Assembly (NCBI GenBank): GCA_000320545.1
Contig: ADNK01001519.1
Span: 1-32,695, forward strand
Length of the DNA stretch: 32,695 nt
Direction: 5' to 3'
Origin: Bigelowiella natans CCMP2755
Taxonomy: Eukaryota; Protista; Cercozoa
A model generated the notes under the pieces. It did not search any database. It was not told where the DNA came from and was given only the letters and a program-made list of their open reading frames with translations. Below, one piece after another: positions 22,274 through 32,695 of this stretch. The position numbers and the translations under genes were made by a program. The stretch's first letter is position 1. Each line of letters begins with the position of its first letter.

Positions 22274-23015
22274 GTGTGTGTGTGTGTGTGCGCGCGCGCG
22301 CGCGCACGCGCGGCAGGGCTCTCGACCGGTGTTGGTTGAGTATATGCGATTCTAATCACGATTTTTCAAGTTTTGGCATATGAAGGAAGGGAAACCGCGT
22401 AACAACGCATTTGTGCCCTCATTGGGCATTTTTTGAAAAACCTGCAAGAGAGCCACATAGGATGAAGTGCTTATTTAGGTTCCACACAACACGCCAAATG
22501 GACGGGTTGTCTTCCATCTCGAATGCCGAAGCCCGGTTAAGCAGATTCTGGGAAAAAACGTGTATTTCACTCGAGCGTACTCGGAATATATTTTGGGCTA
22601 CCATCTCTTAGAGGAAGGAGAGGGGAGGTGGGTAGACGAAGTATTTTATGAAGATTATTTTTGTGTTGCATGCACTAAAATGTAGCAATACCTCTGCCTC
22701 GAACGATTCAGGGGAACGAGGGATATCTTCTTCGCTCAGAGCACTGCGGAACCCTTTTCGCACAAGTGGCCAGACCCACCACTAATAAACAGACTCAAAT
22801 CAGCCTCTCAGGTACGTATCGTCGTCGTAATGTATTATCTATGCATCTATCGAGAGAATCTCTTCATCGTAAAAAATAGCAAAGTCTCCGACTGCCGACG
22901 GTACCAAGGTGAGGTACTCGGAGAAGGAAGGTTCCCTGCGCTCCCGCTGCACTTGTTTCTTCCCCATCATCTCCGTCGTAGTCTCGGGTTCCCCTTTACT
23001 CTCCATCGATTTCAT
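13909..23015 (-). CDS. ABC transporter subfamily C (MRP-type, no TMD0; TMD1-NBD1-TMD2-NBD2)
   Basis: N-terminal lasso motif PSFSEYLTL|WWVWPLVRKGFRSALSEEDIP. TMD1 includes DKRLTLMRQLIEGIQ|ALKMHGWE and VSLKRIESFL. NBD1 has GAVGAGKSS, LPNGQYTEIGERG, LSGGQQQRLAIARAVY and MDDPLAAVD. TMD2 has WFEETPSGRIMSRFSSD. NBD2 has WPSKGKISF, YRPGLP, GRTGAGKSS, LSAGERQLISFGRAM, MDEPTANID and IAHRLSTI. The start ATG at 23015 is inferred. Confidence 0.95.
22274..22312. repeat. Alternating purine-pyrimidine (GT)n(GC)n tract, potentially Z-DNA forming, in an ABCC intron
   Basis: GTGTGT...GCGCGCGCGCGCGCACGCGCG seen directly; a similar tract lies at ~25939-25992. Confidence 0.8.
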
Positions 23016-23603
23016 ATCGGGAAGGGAATAGGAGGGGAAGGGAGAGAGATGTAAGGAACGTGGACCCTGTCCCGCAGCACAGGAAGAGATTTTGAGGCAC
23101 TAAAAATCGAGAAACAATCACATATTTTCACATATTTTCCATGTCTCAATGCATAAACCCCATTACTTTACCCCAGGCAAGTTAATCCCCCGTCGCACGA
23201 AACTATCTTATGGGATGGGTTCCGATTCCGACGCTTCTTCTACGGGGAACGAATGCCCGGCACTAGCAGCTCCAAAGCCGGCTCAGATTCCAGGCTTTTT
23301 CCTCGTTGTTCCAGATCAAAAATGAAGGATGTTTCTTCAGTGCGACAGATCTTTTCTTCGAGTACGCCTAAAAGCTCCGAGCTTTTTCTGACGATCTGAG
23401 CGAGTAAAAACGTAGGATGTTTAATGGCTGCGTTATTGGTTTTAGTTCTGTTTTTATCGGTAGTTCGCCCACCAACGGATTGATGGATGATGCCATGATG
23501 CCCACATCAACTCCATCGTCCACGACATGTGTCTGCGTAACGTTGTTAATCTCTGCTTCTGGACGGAGGGGGGAGAGGGGGTCAACCGAGCCTGAGAATA
23601 ACA

Positions 23604-24937
23604 ATGACTTCGTATCCGTGGCTCGTCACCGACTCTGCGAAGATATTGATCTCATTGTGCCTCATTATGCATGGGATTTATCTCCTCCGGACATCGTACA
23701 AAGCTAAGGACATCTTGAGGCTGCGTTGGTCAGTAACCTGCACATGCATTACTTTTCCTGCATAAGCAGAACCATTTGTTGCTTGCAGGGGAACGGTTGG
23801 CATCGCAACTTTGGAGGCATTTTGGTTTGGCTTCGCACATAAACCAGGCCCGACCTCCTGGCGGGCATTCCTCATCCTGGGATCGTTAACGATGGTACTC
23901 CGTATTCATTCTGTGGTGACGTACAGCATACTTTATACATTCTTGTTATCAGGTGGCGCTAAACTTCTGGGGAATGGTATTTCAATAACTCTATTGCCAC
24001 TCCAACATTGATTTTTAACTAATCTTTTCTGCTACTCGTATGTAGTTTCTGGTTAGGATGGTCGTCAGAGCATACACATCGACTGTGAACATGTCGCCAA
24101 CCGAGCCTCTCGGAGGGAGAGTTCTTACATCTTGTACTCATAGTATTGATAACCTAAACAGCAACAGTTTTTCTGACTTATGCGCTATAATGTAGGCATG
24201 TACATGGCGTTCGTGCCGTACTCAATCGCAATTGTCGGAGTGCTAATCACTGAGAAGATGGTATGGAGCTCAATCAGACACTGGTGGAATGCGTTTGCAA
24301 CAGCCTTTTTAGGTATGGGCATAGGCACACAATACTTGTAAAGTTACCGAGTACGAAAAAATGGCCACACATAATTATATACACGGCCTTTCCAACAACA
24401 ACAGGTGTATACTACCAATTTACAATGAGCCGTCTTCTTGTTTTGATTGAGAAGATCAATAGCTCATCCGTTTATCTGGGCAACAACACGAGGGTAGATG
24501 AGGAAAGAAAGTTCACGATTAAGCGTCAGCATGAGACACTTGAGAATCTCAAGCCAATGCAGCCTGTAGATGTATTGGTGATGGGAGCATCCACAAGAAA
24601 GGCGAAACAATCTCCTGTTGATCTCGGAATAAGCATGGTTAAAAAGTCTCCAGTGATCGAAGGAAGTTCCAACACGATTTCTCACCATAAACGAATGGAA
24701 AAGGCAAAGGCCAAAATCAAGCAACTGATGCGTTTAAGTGTTGCTCTCTCCGTTCCTGCTGCTGTTTTGTTTGGCTTGGCTGCATGGTCACAAGCGTGCA
24801 GGCCAAGAGGGCCCAGCTACGCCAAGCTATATCAAAAGGATGTTCGTGAATATAATATATTTCAGGACGTCAATTGTTATCTTACCTTGGTAGTTACAGG
24901 ATACTATCAACTGTACTCGCGAAAATCGTCGCGCTAG
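23604..24937 (+). CDS. Seven-transmembrane, GPCR-like orphan protein (~330 aa)
   Basis: Six exons 23604-23728, 23789-23894, 23953-23976, 24046-24133, 24196-24312 and 24405-24937 join in phase (993 nt) across GT-AG introns of 58-92 nt. Seven hydrophobic segments, with a long basic loop between TM5 and TM6. Confidence 0.8.
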
Positions 24938-25626
24938 AGGAATCGTTTGAATGTTTTCTTCAAGTAAGTGAGTAGGTAATAATGAAAAGGTAACTGCGTC
25001 GGTTGCTGCCAATCAGGCAAGCAGCTTCCAGACGGGGCAGACCACCGAATAGCATCAACAAATAAATGCACTCGCATGTAGATTCATCGAATTTTTGTGA
25101 TTCTTTCCATGCAAGTTCTTTATACTGATGAGAAAATGATTCGACATGGCACAGCGTGGTACATCACTATATATCATTATATGATATACATGTACTCACG
25201 TTGCACGCGTCATTATGCACCTCGTCATTGTCACCACAGTGCGATGCCTAGCTAGCTGAATATTCAAAGTTCGTTGCAAATGTTATACGAATTACAGAAT
25301 AATAATGCGTGATTAATGTCGTGACGAAATGTGGGTAGCTATCGATCACATATAGCGCAACATAGACTGGGCAGCTTATTATACATGCATGTGCGTGTGT
25401 AGTGCGCTCGCCTACAAAAATTTACATCGCTTTAACAGATATGCATCTCTATATACTAGGGTTTTACATCTCATTCGCTCTAGCAATGATATGAAATTGC
25501 TGTCATTATTTTTAACTGATATAATGTCGCTGTGTATGTAGCTCCACAACGCATTTGCTTTAGCAATGCTATGTCTAGATGTGCATTCACCGCACGGACG
25601 ATACACTCGCGATTCTCTAACAACGA

Positions 25627-25937
25627 TCATCTCCGCCACGTTCTGAGAGGGTCGGATGAACAGTAACGCATAAGACTGACGCAACGGAGTGAGCCTTGCA
25701 GAGTAAGCCCCGCAGTGAGAGCGCACACTGCTTCTGTCAGCCCAAGTGCAATTCGCCACCCTGTCGACATCACACTGCCCAGCAAAAGCGAGAGGAAGGG
25801 AATGAGGGGGGTCAGGATGGCGGGAGTCTTTAGAACCACGCAGAATGCATGTAAATTGTCCTTGTGGCATTCGATGCTGCGTGTTCGTAGTCGGCCCTTT
25901 TGGCTATTTCAATATAATCTATCTTTTTGTGTACGAT

Positions 25938-25976
<39 letters not shown>

Positions 25977-26718
25977 GCGTGTGCGTGTGCGTCATCACAA
26001 TGGGGGAGAGGGGGGTGCTACCCTTGCTCAATCCACAGGAGACAAAGCACGGCGATGCGTGAAGCACAACTCAAACACAACGATATCGAGAGGCAGATTG
26101 AAACGTCAAGTGCGACAAGATTTCCTGATAAGAAATCGTCCACACAGCAGCGAGAACAACAACACGATGAACGGGCAGATGATGGGGTAAAAAGATATTC
26201 CGTTTAAATCATCATCATCTTCATGCCTTGGAATGAGTTGGGTAAAGTACAAAGCACCTGACACTACTCCGTGCACAAGGAAGAGAGTCATAAGGTACGG
26301 CACATGGAAAGCACAGTCGTAGCCAGGAGCGCGCAGCATTATTCCTACAGAGGAGTAGGAGGAGGAAGGGGGTCAGTGCGGAGGGACATCATAACCAACA
26401 CTCATACTTTTGTACGTCGTCCTTGAAAGCTTCTCGATTCGAGAGAAAGCACAGACACCAAAGCCTTCGATCCTTCCGAACCCCCCCCCCAACACACACA
26501 CACACACACACAACACACACACAACATGCTCTCGTCCGAAGGGGCCAGCATGTGCTCCTCTGCATCGTTGTGGTGATGGATGCAAAACAGAACATAGCTT
26601 TGGGGCAACAAGCCTCGCAGCAGCTAGTGCGGTGATGACACATCACATTCATATTCGTACCAGGAAAGGCTGCAGCCCCAAATGGCCTACTATCTGGGAG
26701 AAACCCTGTGTCGAGGAG

Positions 26719-26764
<46 letters not shown>

Positions 26765-27094
26765 CACATATCTTTCTCTCCTAGATTTAGGGTGGATCGC
26801 CATGTCGTGCGTGAGAACCATCCGCACTTCGATCTCATGTACTACTGCTGCTGCTAGTATTGCTACCACAACTGCAACAACTACAACAACACACCTGAAG
26901 AGCTTAGCGTTTGAAATATAGCCTTGGCAAGAAACGTGCCTGTCAGCCCCATTATCACCTTATTTGGACAACGAAAACAACAACAACAACAACAACAATA
27001 CGTCGCTGTCAGCGTTTGAACCGATAAGAGCCTGAATCAACAAGGAGAACTCTTCAAGATCCGCACGTCAACCTATCTCTCTCCCCTCTCCCCT

Positions 27095-27141
<47 letters not shown>

Positions 27142-27304
27142 GGAGAACCATTCCAGAACACGAACGCAACAAGCTAAGCAACATTTCAAGAAGAAGCTCT
27201 GATAGTGTTTTTTTGATTGAATGGCATGGAACGTGATGATCGTGTGTCGCAAGACAAGCATCCTGCCTTTGCGCTTGCTGATCTCAAATCCAATCTTGCT
27301 AGTC

Positions 27305-27376
<72 letters not shown>

Positions 27377-28083
27377 GTCTTCCACCCGCTTCATCCACCG
27401 CTCTTGCTCACAAATGCCATCTCCTAATCCCGGGAATGACAACAAATCCCGGGTCACCACCGCATGCACGGTTTCATCCACATCCGCTTGCGTATGCACC
27501 ACACCACGGCGCGAAGCCTTCATCCTAGCCGCCTTCGTAGAGTAAGAGGAAGAGGAAGAGGAGGAGGAGGAGAAGGTGCAAGAGTTTAAACAATAGGGAG
27601 AGAGATCGTAAAATTCAATGAAACACGACGATACAACGGGAAGGAAACACTCCTAAATAGTGAATGATGGCAATTTCAACGATCACGTCTTAATAAGCCA
27701 CGATAATACCTGCAGCGATTTGAGCTCGTCATATCCATCGTACATGTCGTCGTCTTCGTCGTCAACCATCCCTTCTCCTTCTTCACTACTATCATCTTCC
27801 TCCCCTCCCAGCTGTTTCCTCTCCATCTCGATGCTACTGGCCTCCACACTAGTAGTACCGTCCCCACCCTCCTCCTGCTGCTGGAAATCATGCACAGAAA
27901 TGTTTGGCCTCGGGGTGTGTTGTTTATGCGAGGATGTGGGGAAATCATCACGTGGAAATTCATTGTCGCTACGCGCAGTAATTAGTGGTTGTTCCTGTCA
28001 TTTCTAGCTCTTGTTGGCAATTTTTAAAGGAAAATAATTTGTTTTAATATTTGCTTCTCAGCAGAGAATCGATAATGTCAAAC

Positions 28084-28128
<45 letters not shown>

Positions 28129-28297
28129 TATGTATTGTCCTTGTACCCTCTCTCTTCTCATCTCTCGAGCCTCTTCCAGTCGCCGTTTCCTGCAAGAGTA
28201 AGCACAGATTATGACGACGAAGCATACGAAGAACATATTTGGATATGTTACATGAGATGGAATATAAGTGCAATGCTAGGATTCACGAATACGCATA

Positions 28298-28348
<51 letters not shown>

Positions 28349-28718
28349 CAAGATAGGCAAGGACCGTCCTACACTATACGTCGTTCCAACTTGCTACCAT
28401 CGTCGCATCCGATCGAGAATGTGCTGGAGAGGGGCGTGCATCGAGAGTGCGAAATGCGCCCTGAACGTCTTCGGTGACAACATGAAATACCCAGCACAAA
28501 ACACCCCACAAGCGATAGCGCGCCCCATAAATAACCCTGAGAGCCGGGCAGCGGGGGTAAACGGGATCGTGATAGCCTGGGTGCAGGGCGATGACGATTA
28601 TTATGGGAAAGATGTTAGCCAAGTTCCTGTCTCGGTGAAGTGATGATGATGATGATGATGATGATTATTATTATTATTATAAGTGAAATCAGATACTTTC
28701 TGAGCAGGAGACTGACGA

Positions 28719-28776
<58 letters not shown>

Positions 28777-29191
28777 TGTGTGTCATTCTCTCCTTCTCAC
28801 CCCCCCCTCCCCTCACCATCACACACGTGGACACTACTCAAGCTCAAACCTGCAGCACCGATATAGACATAAAGATAGATCCTGATCCAAAGTGGATGGC
28901 ACGAAATCTGCACATAATCGTCACCATCATCATCATCATCGTCATCATCGTCATCATCGCCATTGTCAGCTACTATGTCTCCCCTCCCTCTTGGAGCCTC
29001 TTTCTGTTATATTGTACGATACCTTTCTCTTTCTCTCCCCCCCCCCCCCCCTCTCTCCATGCACTTAGGAAGGTGCGAATGAGCTTCAAATAGCTAGCGA
29101 CAATGCGGTACTTATTAATAGTATTATTACAGCGGATACGCAAAGTACGACTGGTAAGAGAGCGAGATGTGAAAGGCTCTGCAAAAACAAA

Positions 29192-29228
<37 letters not shown>

Positions 29229-30089
29229 CGAGGGAGAGGACGGGGGAAAGATGTGCAGGGGTTAGTATCACATTCCACTGTTCCAAGTAACACGGCAGTT
29301 GTAGCCCAAAAGCAGCAATAAGGCTTACGTGCAGGCTGCCTATGTTGCTATAGTTATTGTTTTTGTTGTTGTTGTTGCTGCTGCTAAAAGTCATTTATTT
29401 CGGATGATTCTCGGAAGCATAAGCTAAAACGCTTCGATACACAATTCTGATGGAAGACGCGAGGCATTTTATCTATGTTTTAAAGGAAAGGAAAACAGAC
29501 AGGAAGGCTGCGCCATGAAGGCCGAAGTTCTCAGCGGCACTGAAGCCTTCGAGGAGATCCATGGGGGATTGAGGAAGTAGCGAGCCTTTGGATCGCTGCC
29601 GTGTCACCCCTTCGATCTTATATCGGACGAAAACCATCATCATGCACTCGGCGAGCCTGTTGTTGTAGTTGTTATTGTTGTTTTTTCGTTTGTATTGTTG
29701 GTTTGGTAGAGGAAGGGTAAACATGAAAGCAGCCTACGCGGATGTGTGTTGATGGGTGGATGATGGTTGGAGGAGGGGGGGGGGGGGGGAGAGAGACCGC
29801 CACCAGGATGAGAAAAACGTTCGTAGGAGGAGGAGAAGGAGAGGTAGAAGTAAGAAAGCAGCGTGTGTTATGGTCGATGTTGCTGTCTCAGCCTTATCAC
29901 TACTACTAGCACTGCTACTGCTACTGCTGCTACTGTTACTACCACACGAGTGCAAAAAGGCCAACGGCTAGAAGACATCCTTTCACCTATTATATGATCA
30001 CCAATACACACAAGTCATGCTTTCGTTTTGATCTAGGAGGGATGAAAAGGGGGGGGGGGGGGGGAATGATCACTGCCCGCTACTGTTAG

Positions 30090-30122
<33 letters not shown>

Positions 30123-31019
30123 GACTAGTGATGCTGCTGTTGTTGTTGTTGTTGCTGCTGCTATCTGGCTTGTTAGCGACACGCAAATGTTGATATATTT
30201 GACGTGCATCATCGTGATGACACCATACCCTCCATATCCGAACCGTCGTTGCAAGCCACGCAGCGTCTATCTCCTCAGCCTTCTCACGTTGCGACTTCTG
30301 ATCGGTTTCTATGCCTTTCACGCCCCCACCCCTCTCTCCCATTACCCCCGCGGGGGGGTCCTGACGATGCTGCTGATGAGGATGATGAGCACGATGATGA
30401 TGATGATGATGAGGAGGAGGATGGTGATGATGATATCCTTCTTGAAGTTCTTCCACGCCTTCGTTCGGATACTCGATATCGTGTAGAGCGTTATCGCTAT
30501 GGAGCGGAGTAGCATGTTCTTGGTTGTTATTGTTGCCACAACAGCTGCTTTTAGTACAGCTCATGTGCTTTACATCCGAACCCCCGTCCACCCGATCTTT
30601 TTCCTCGCTGTGCGGGTAATAGCAGAGGGGAGGGGGATTAGTGTGGCTTTAAAGTACGTTTGGACTAACTGCTGTTGCTATCTGATGTTTTGAGACTTTG
30701 TCTGTGTTGTTGTTGTCGTCGTCGTTGTTATTAATATAAATCAATGTTGTTGTTGTTGTTGTTGTTGTTGTTGCTGCTGCTGCTGCTGTTATTGTTTCTA
30801 TGAATCAACTGTTCTTTGGAATAACGCAGACACTGGGAGTTTATGTCGCCATCTGCACCGTCCATGGGCGCGCTGCGTGCGGGCTTTGTATAATATATGA
30901 ATTGGTTGAGTGGCGGGTTATATCGCTCAACCTCTGGCGTGCCGTCCCCTCTTCTTCGTCGTCCTCGTCAGCGACAGTGTGTGCGTGTGAAACGCCGACG
31001 AGGTTATGATAAACCTTGG

Positions 31020-31060
<41 letters not shown>

Positions 31061-31569
31061 GAGTACCATTCAGTGAGAGCGCAACACATGAAAAAGTGGT
31101 TTGGGAGCGGAGATGGGAAAAAATGACGAATTCCCTCATTATCACACCACACACGCAAATCCAGGAAATCCATCCTGATTTCAGTCGAAGCTCTTTCATT
31201 CTATTTCACGATTTTCCTCCTTGAATTGATATACGAGTGGACTTACATGATGGCGGGGGGGAGGCCGGAGATATGAGTAGGTGAGCATGTTGAGCAATGT
31301 CAAACGGCAAGGACGAAACTTCTTGCGGCTCTACAGAGAACGCCAATGCGAGAGGAGGAGGAGGAGGAGGAGAGGGAAGTAGGGGAGAAGAGAACTGTTG
31401 TTAACGCAGATTATAATATGTGAAAAAACGCTACTAAACATATGCAAATTATAGACTTAACATCCCAAACACTGTTAAAAAGAAAGATTAGTCGGCTCTT
31501 TGACATAATTTACATGTGAAAAGATAGGCTGAAGCCAAAGGATGTGCACCACTACTCCCATTACTACTG

Positions 31570-31602
<33 letters not shown>

Positions 31603-31719
31603 GCAGCAGGGAAATGGCCATACCTCTGCGTAGGGGATTCTGTCCCTGGCAGAAAGGGTGTGCGGCCTTAAACGCCACGCGAAGTACCTGGTGATGACGA
31701 TCCGTGTAAGTAATAGTAT

Positions 31720-31750
<31 letters not shown>

Positions 31751-31886
31751 GGTGGTGGTAGTGGTAGTACGGCCAATGTTACAGAGGCACGGCGTGTCAG
31801 CTGAAAACGCATAGTAGTACAAGGAGAGGTGCAGCGTGTGAGTGCGTGTGTGCGTGTGTGCGTGTGCCCTTACTAGACAACAACAA

Positions 31887-31918
<32 letters not shown>

Positions 31919-32695
31919 GACTCACAAGGCAAATCCTTTTGCTGCGACACGTAAGGGCAGCAAACGGCAATTTAAAGCTACGCAATGTCCTGATAAACGG
32001 GAAGGCGGGGGGCGGGGGGGGGCATTAGCTGCTTGGAAGGGTAATCACAAATGATTGCGTTTTGGTGGCTCTCTATGTGATTACACGCGCCAATAATGGA
32101 CGAAGGTATTTCAATAAATCAGTAGATATATTTAATAATGCGTGTGCGTGTGCGTGTGTGTTGTGTGTTGTGTGGTGTAGTAGAGAGGTTTGTTTTAAGA
32201 TGTGATATTCCCTCTTCTTCTTCTCCCCCCTCCTACGTACGCCTTTCCTCCTCCTCCTTATTACTACATCTACCACTACTGCTGCTGCTAATACTACCAC
32301 TACACAACTGCTACTCTTCTACTACTACCAAACTGCTTGATATCCCATTCATTTCCGGACCTGCAGGCCGTGGCCGCACATACGACCGAGCTGTTGGCAA
32401 TGGTGGTTGCAAATGGTGATGACGACGACGACAATGATGATGATGATGATGATGGCGATGATGATGATGGATACGATCTTCGTCAATAGGGTTATCGCGA
32501 GCACACTGCCAAGAAAGGCGTAACAACCATCAAGGCCATTGGATCATTTATATATCGTTATTATTTTAATAATGCTCCGTGGTGGTAGCGTGTGCCCACA
32601 AAAGCATAGATGGTCGCAAGGATGTGATGAAATGACGCCATTTGCATGCCCCGTGTTCTTTACATCGACATCACCATCTTACTTTTGTTCATCAT
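25627..32695 (-). CDS. Uncharacterised multi-pass membrane protein with many small exons; 5' end at or beyond the window end
   Basis: In-phase exon runs: AAWLATTVRIWR|VKGCLLAVGLFALVW|LAECMMMVFVRY; LPCYLEQWN|SLSHLALLPVVLCVSA|LFEAHSHLPK|FRAIHFGSGSIFMSISVLQ|AITIPFTPAARLSGLFMGRAIACGVFCAGYFML..RMRRW|KRRLEEARE; HGVVSG|NLVALDVSICLSISLCL..EQG|QKGRL..LTLQGSLRCVSLMRYCSSDPLRTWRR* (stop at 25627). Several junctions are unresolved, so this could be more than one gene. Confidence 0.6.

Noticed and set aside
23368-23875. Minus-strand ORFs 23368-23604 and 23678-23875 as an ABCC N-terminal extension
   Set aside because: No in-phase splice path to the ABCC lasso exon was found. The second ORF is antisense to exons of the 7TM gene.
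25412-25870. 152-aa minus-strand ORF as the terminal exon or a separate gene
   Set aside because: The upstream exon splices in phase into the alternative hydrophobic frame ending at 25627, which fits the membrane protein better.
1-32695. tRNA, rRNA or other structured RNA genes
   Set aside because: None recognisable by eye; tRNAscan-SE or Infernal would be needed to exclude them.

Overview
Eukaryotic (protist-like) nuclear DNA with GT-AG introns, many filled with microsatellites. A chlorarachniophyte/rhizarian-type genome is my guess from style only. I reconstructed six genes by hand: a CEP70-like centrosomal coiled-coil gene (+, 5' end may lie upstream of the window, ends 4910), SMC5 (-, 5767-9110, 3 exons), an acidic orphan gene (-, ~11501-12796), an ABCC/MRP transporter (-, 13909-23015), a 7TM GPCR-like gene (+, 23604-24937) and a multi-pass membrane protein gene (-, 25627 to beyond the window end). 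The most striking signal is non-coding. Two intergenic domains holding LINE 3'-end relics (~9120-11510 and ~13020-13910) have had TpA almost completely erased on both strands. There is no TA between 9783 and 10910, TG/CA are abundant, CpG is retained, and nearly all surviving TpAs lie in CTA/TAG contexts, mostly the palindrome CTAG. This looks like a repeat-targeted TpA->TpG/CpA hypermutation process, the reverse of fungal RIP. It spreads beyond the elements and stops at gene borders. The mechanism is inferred, not shown.
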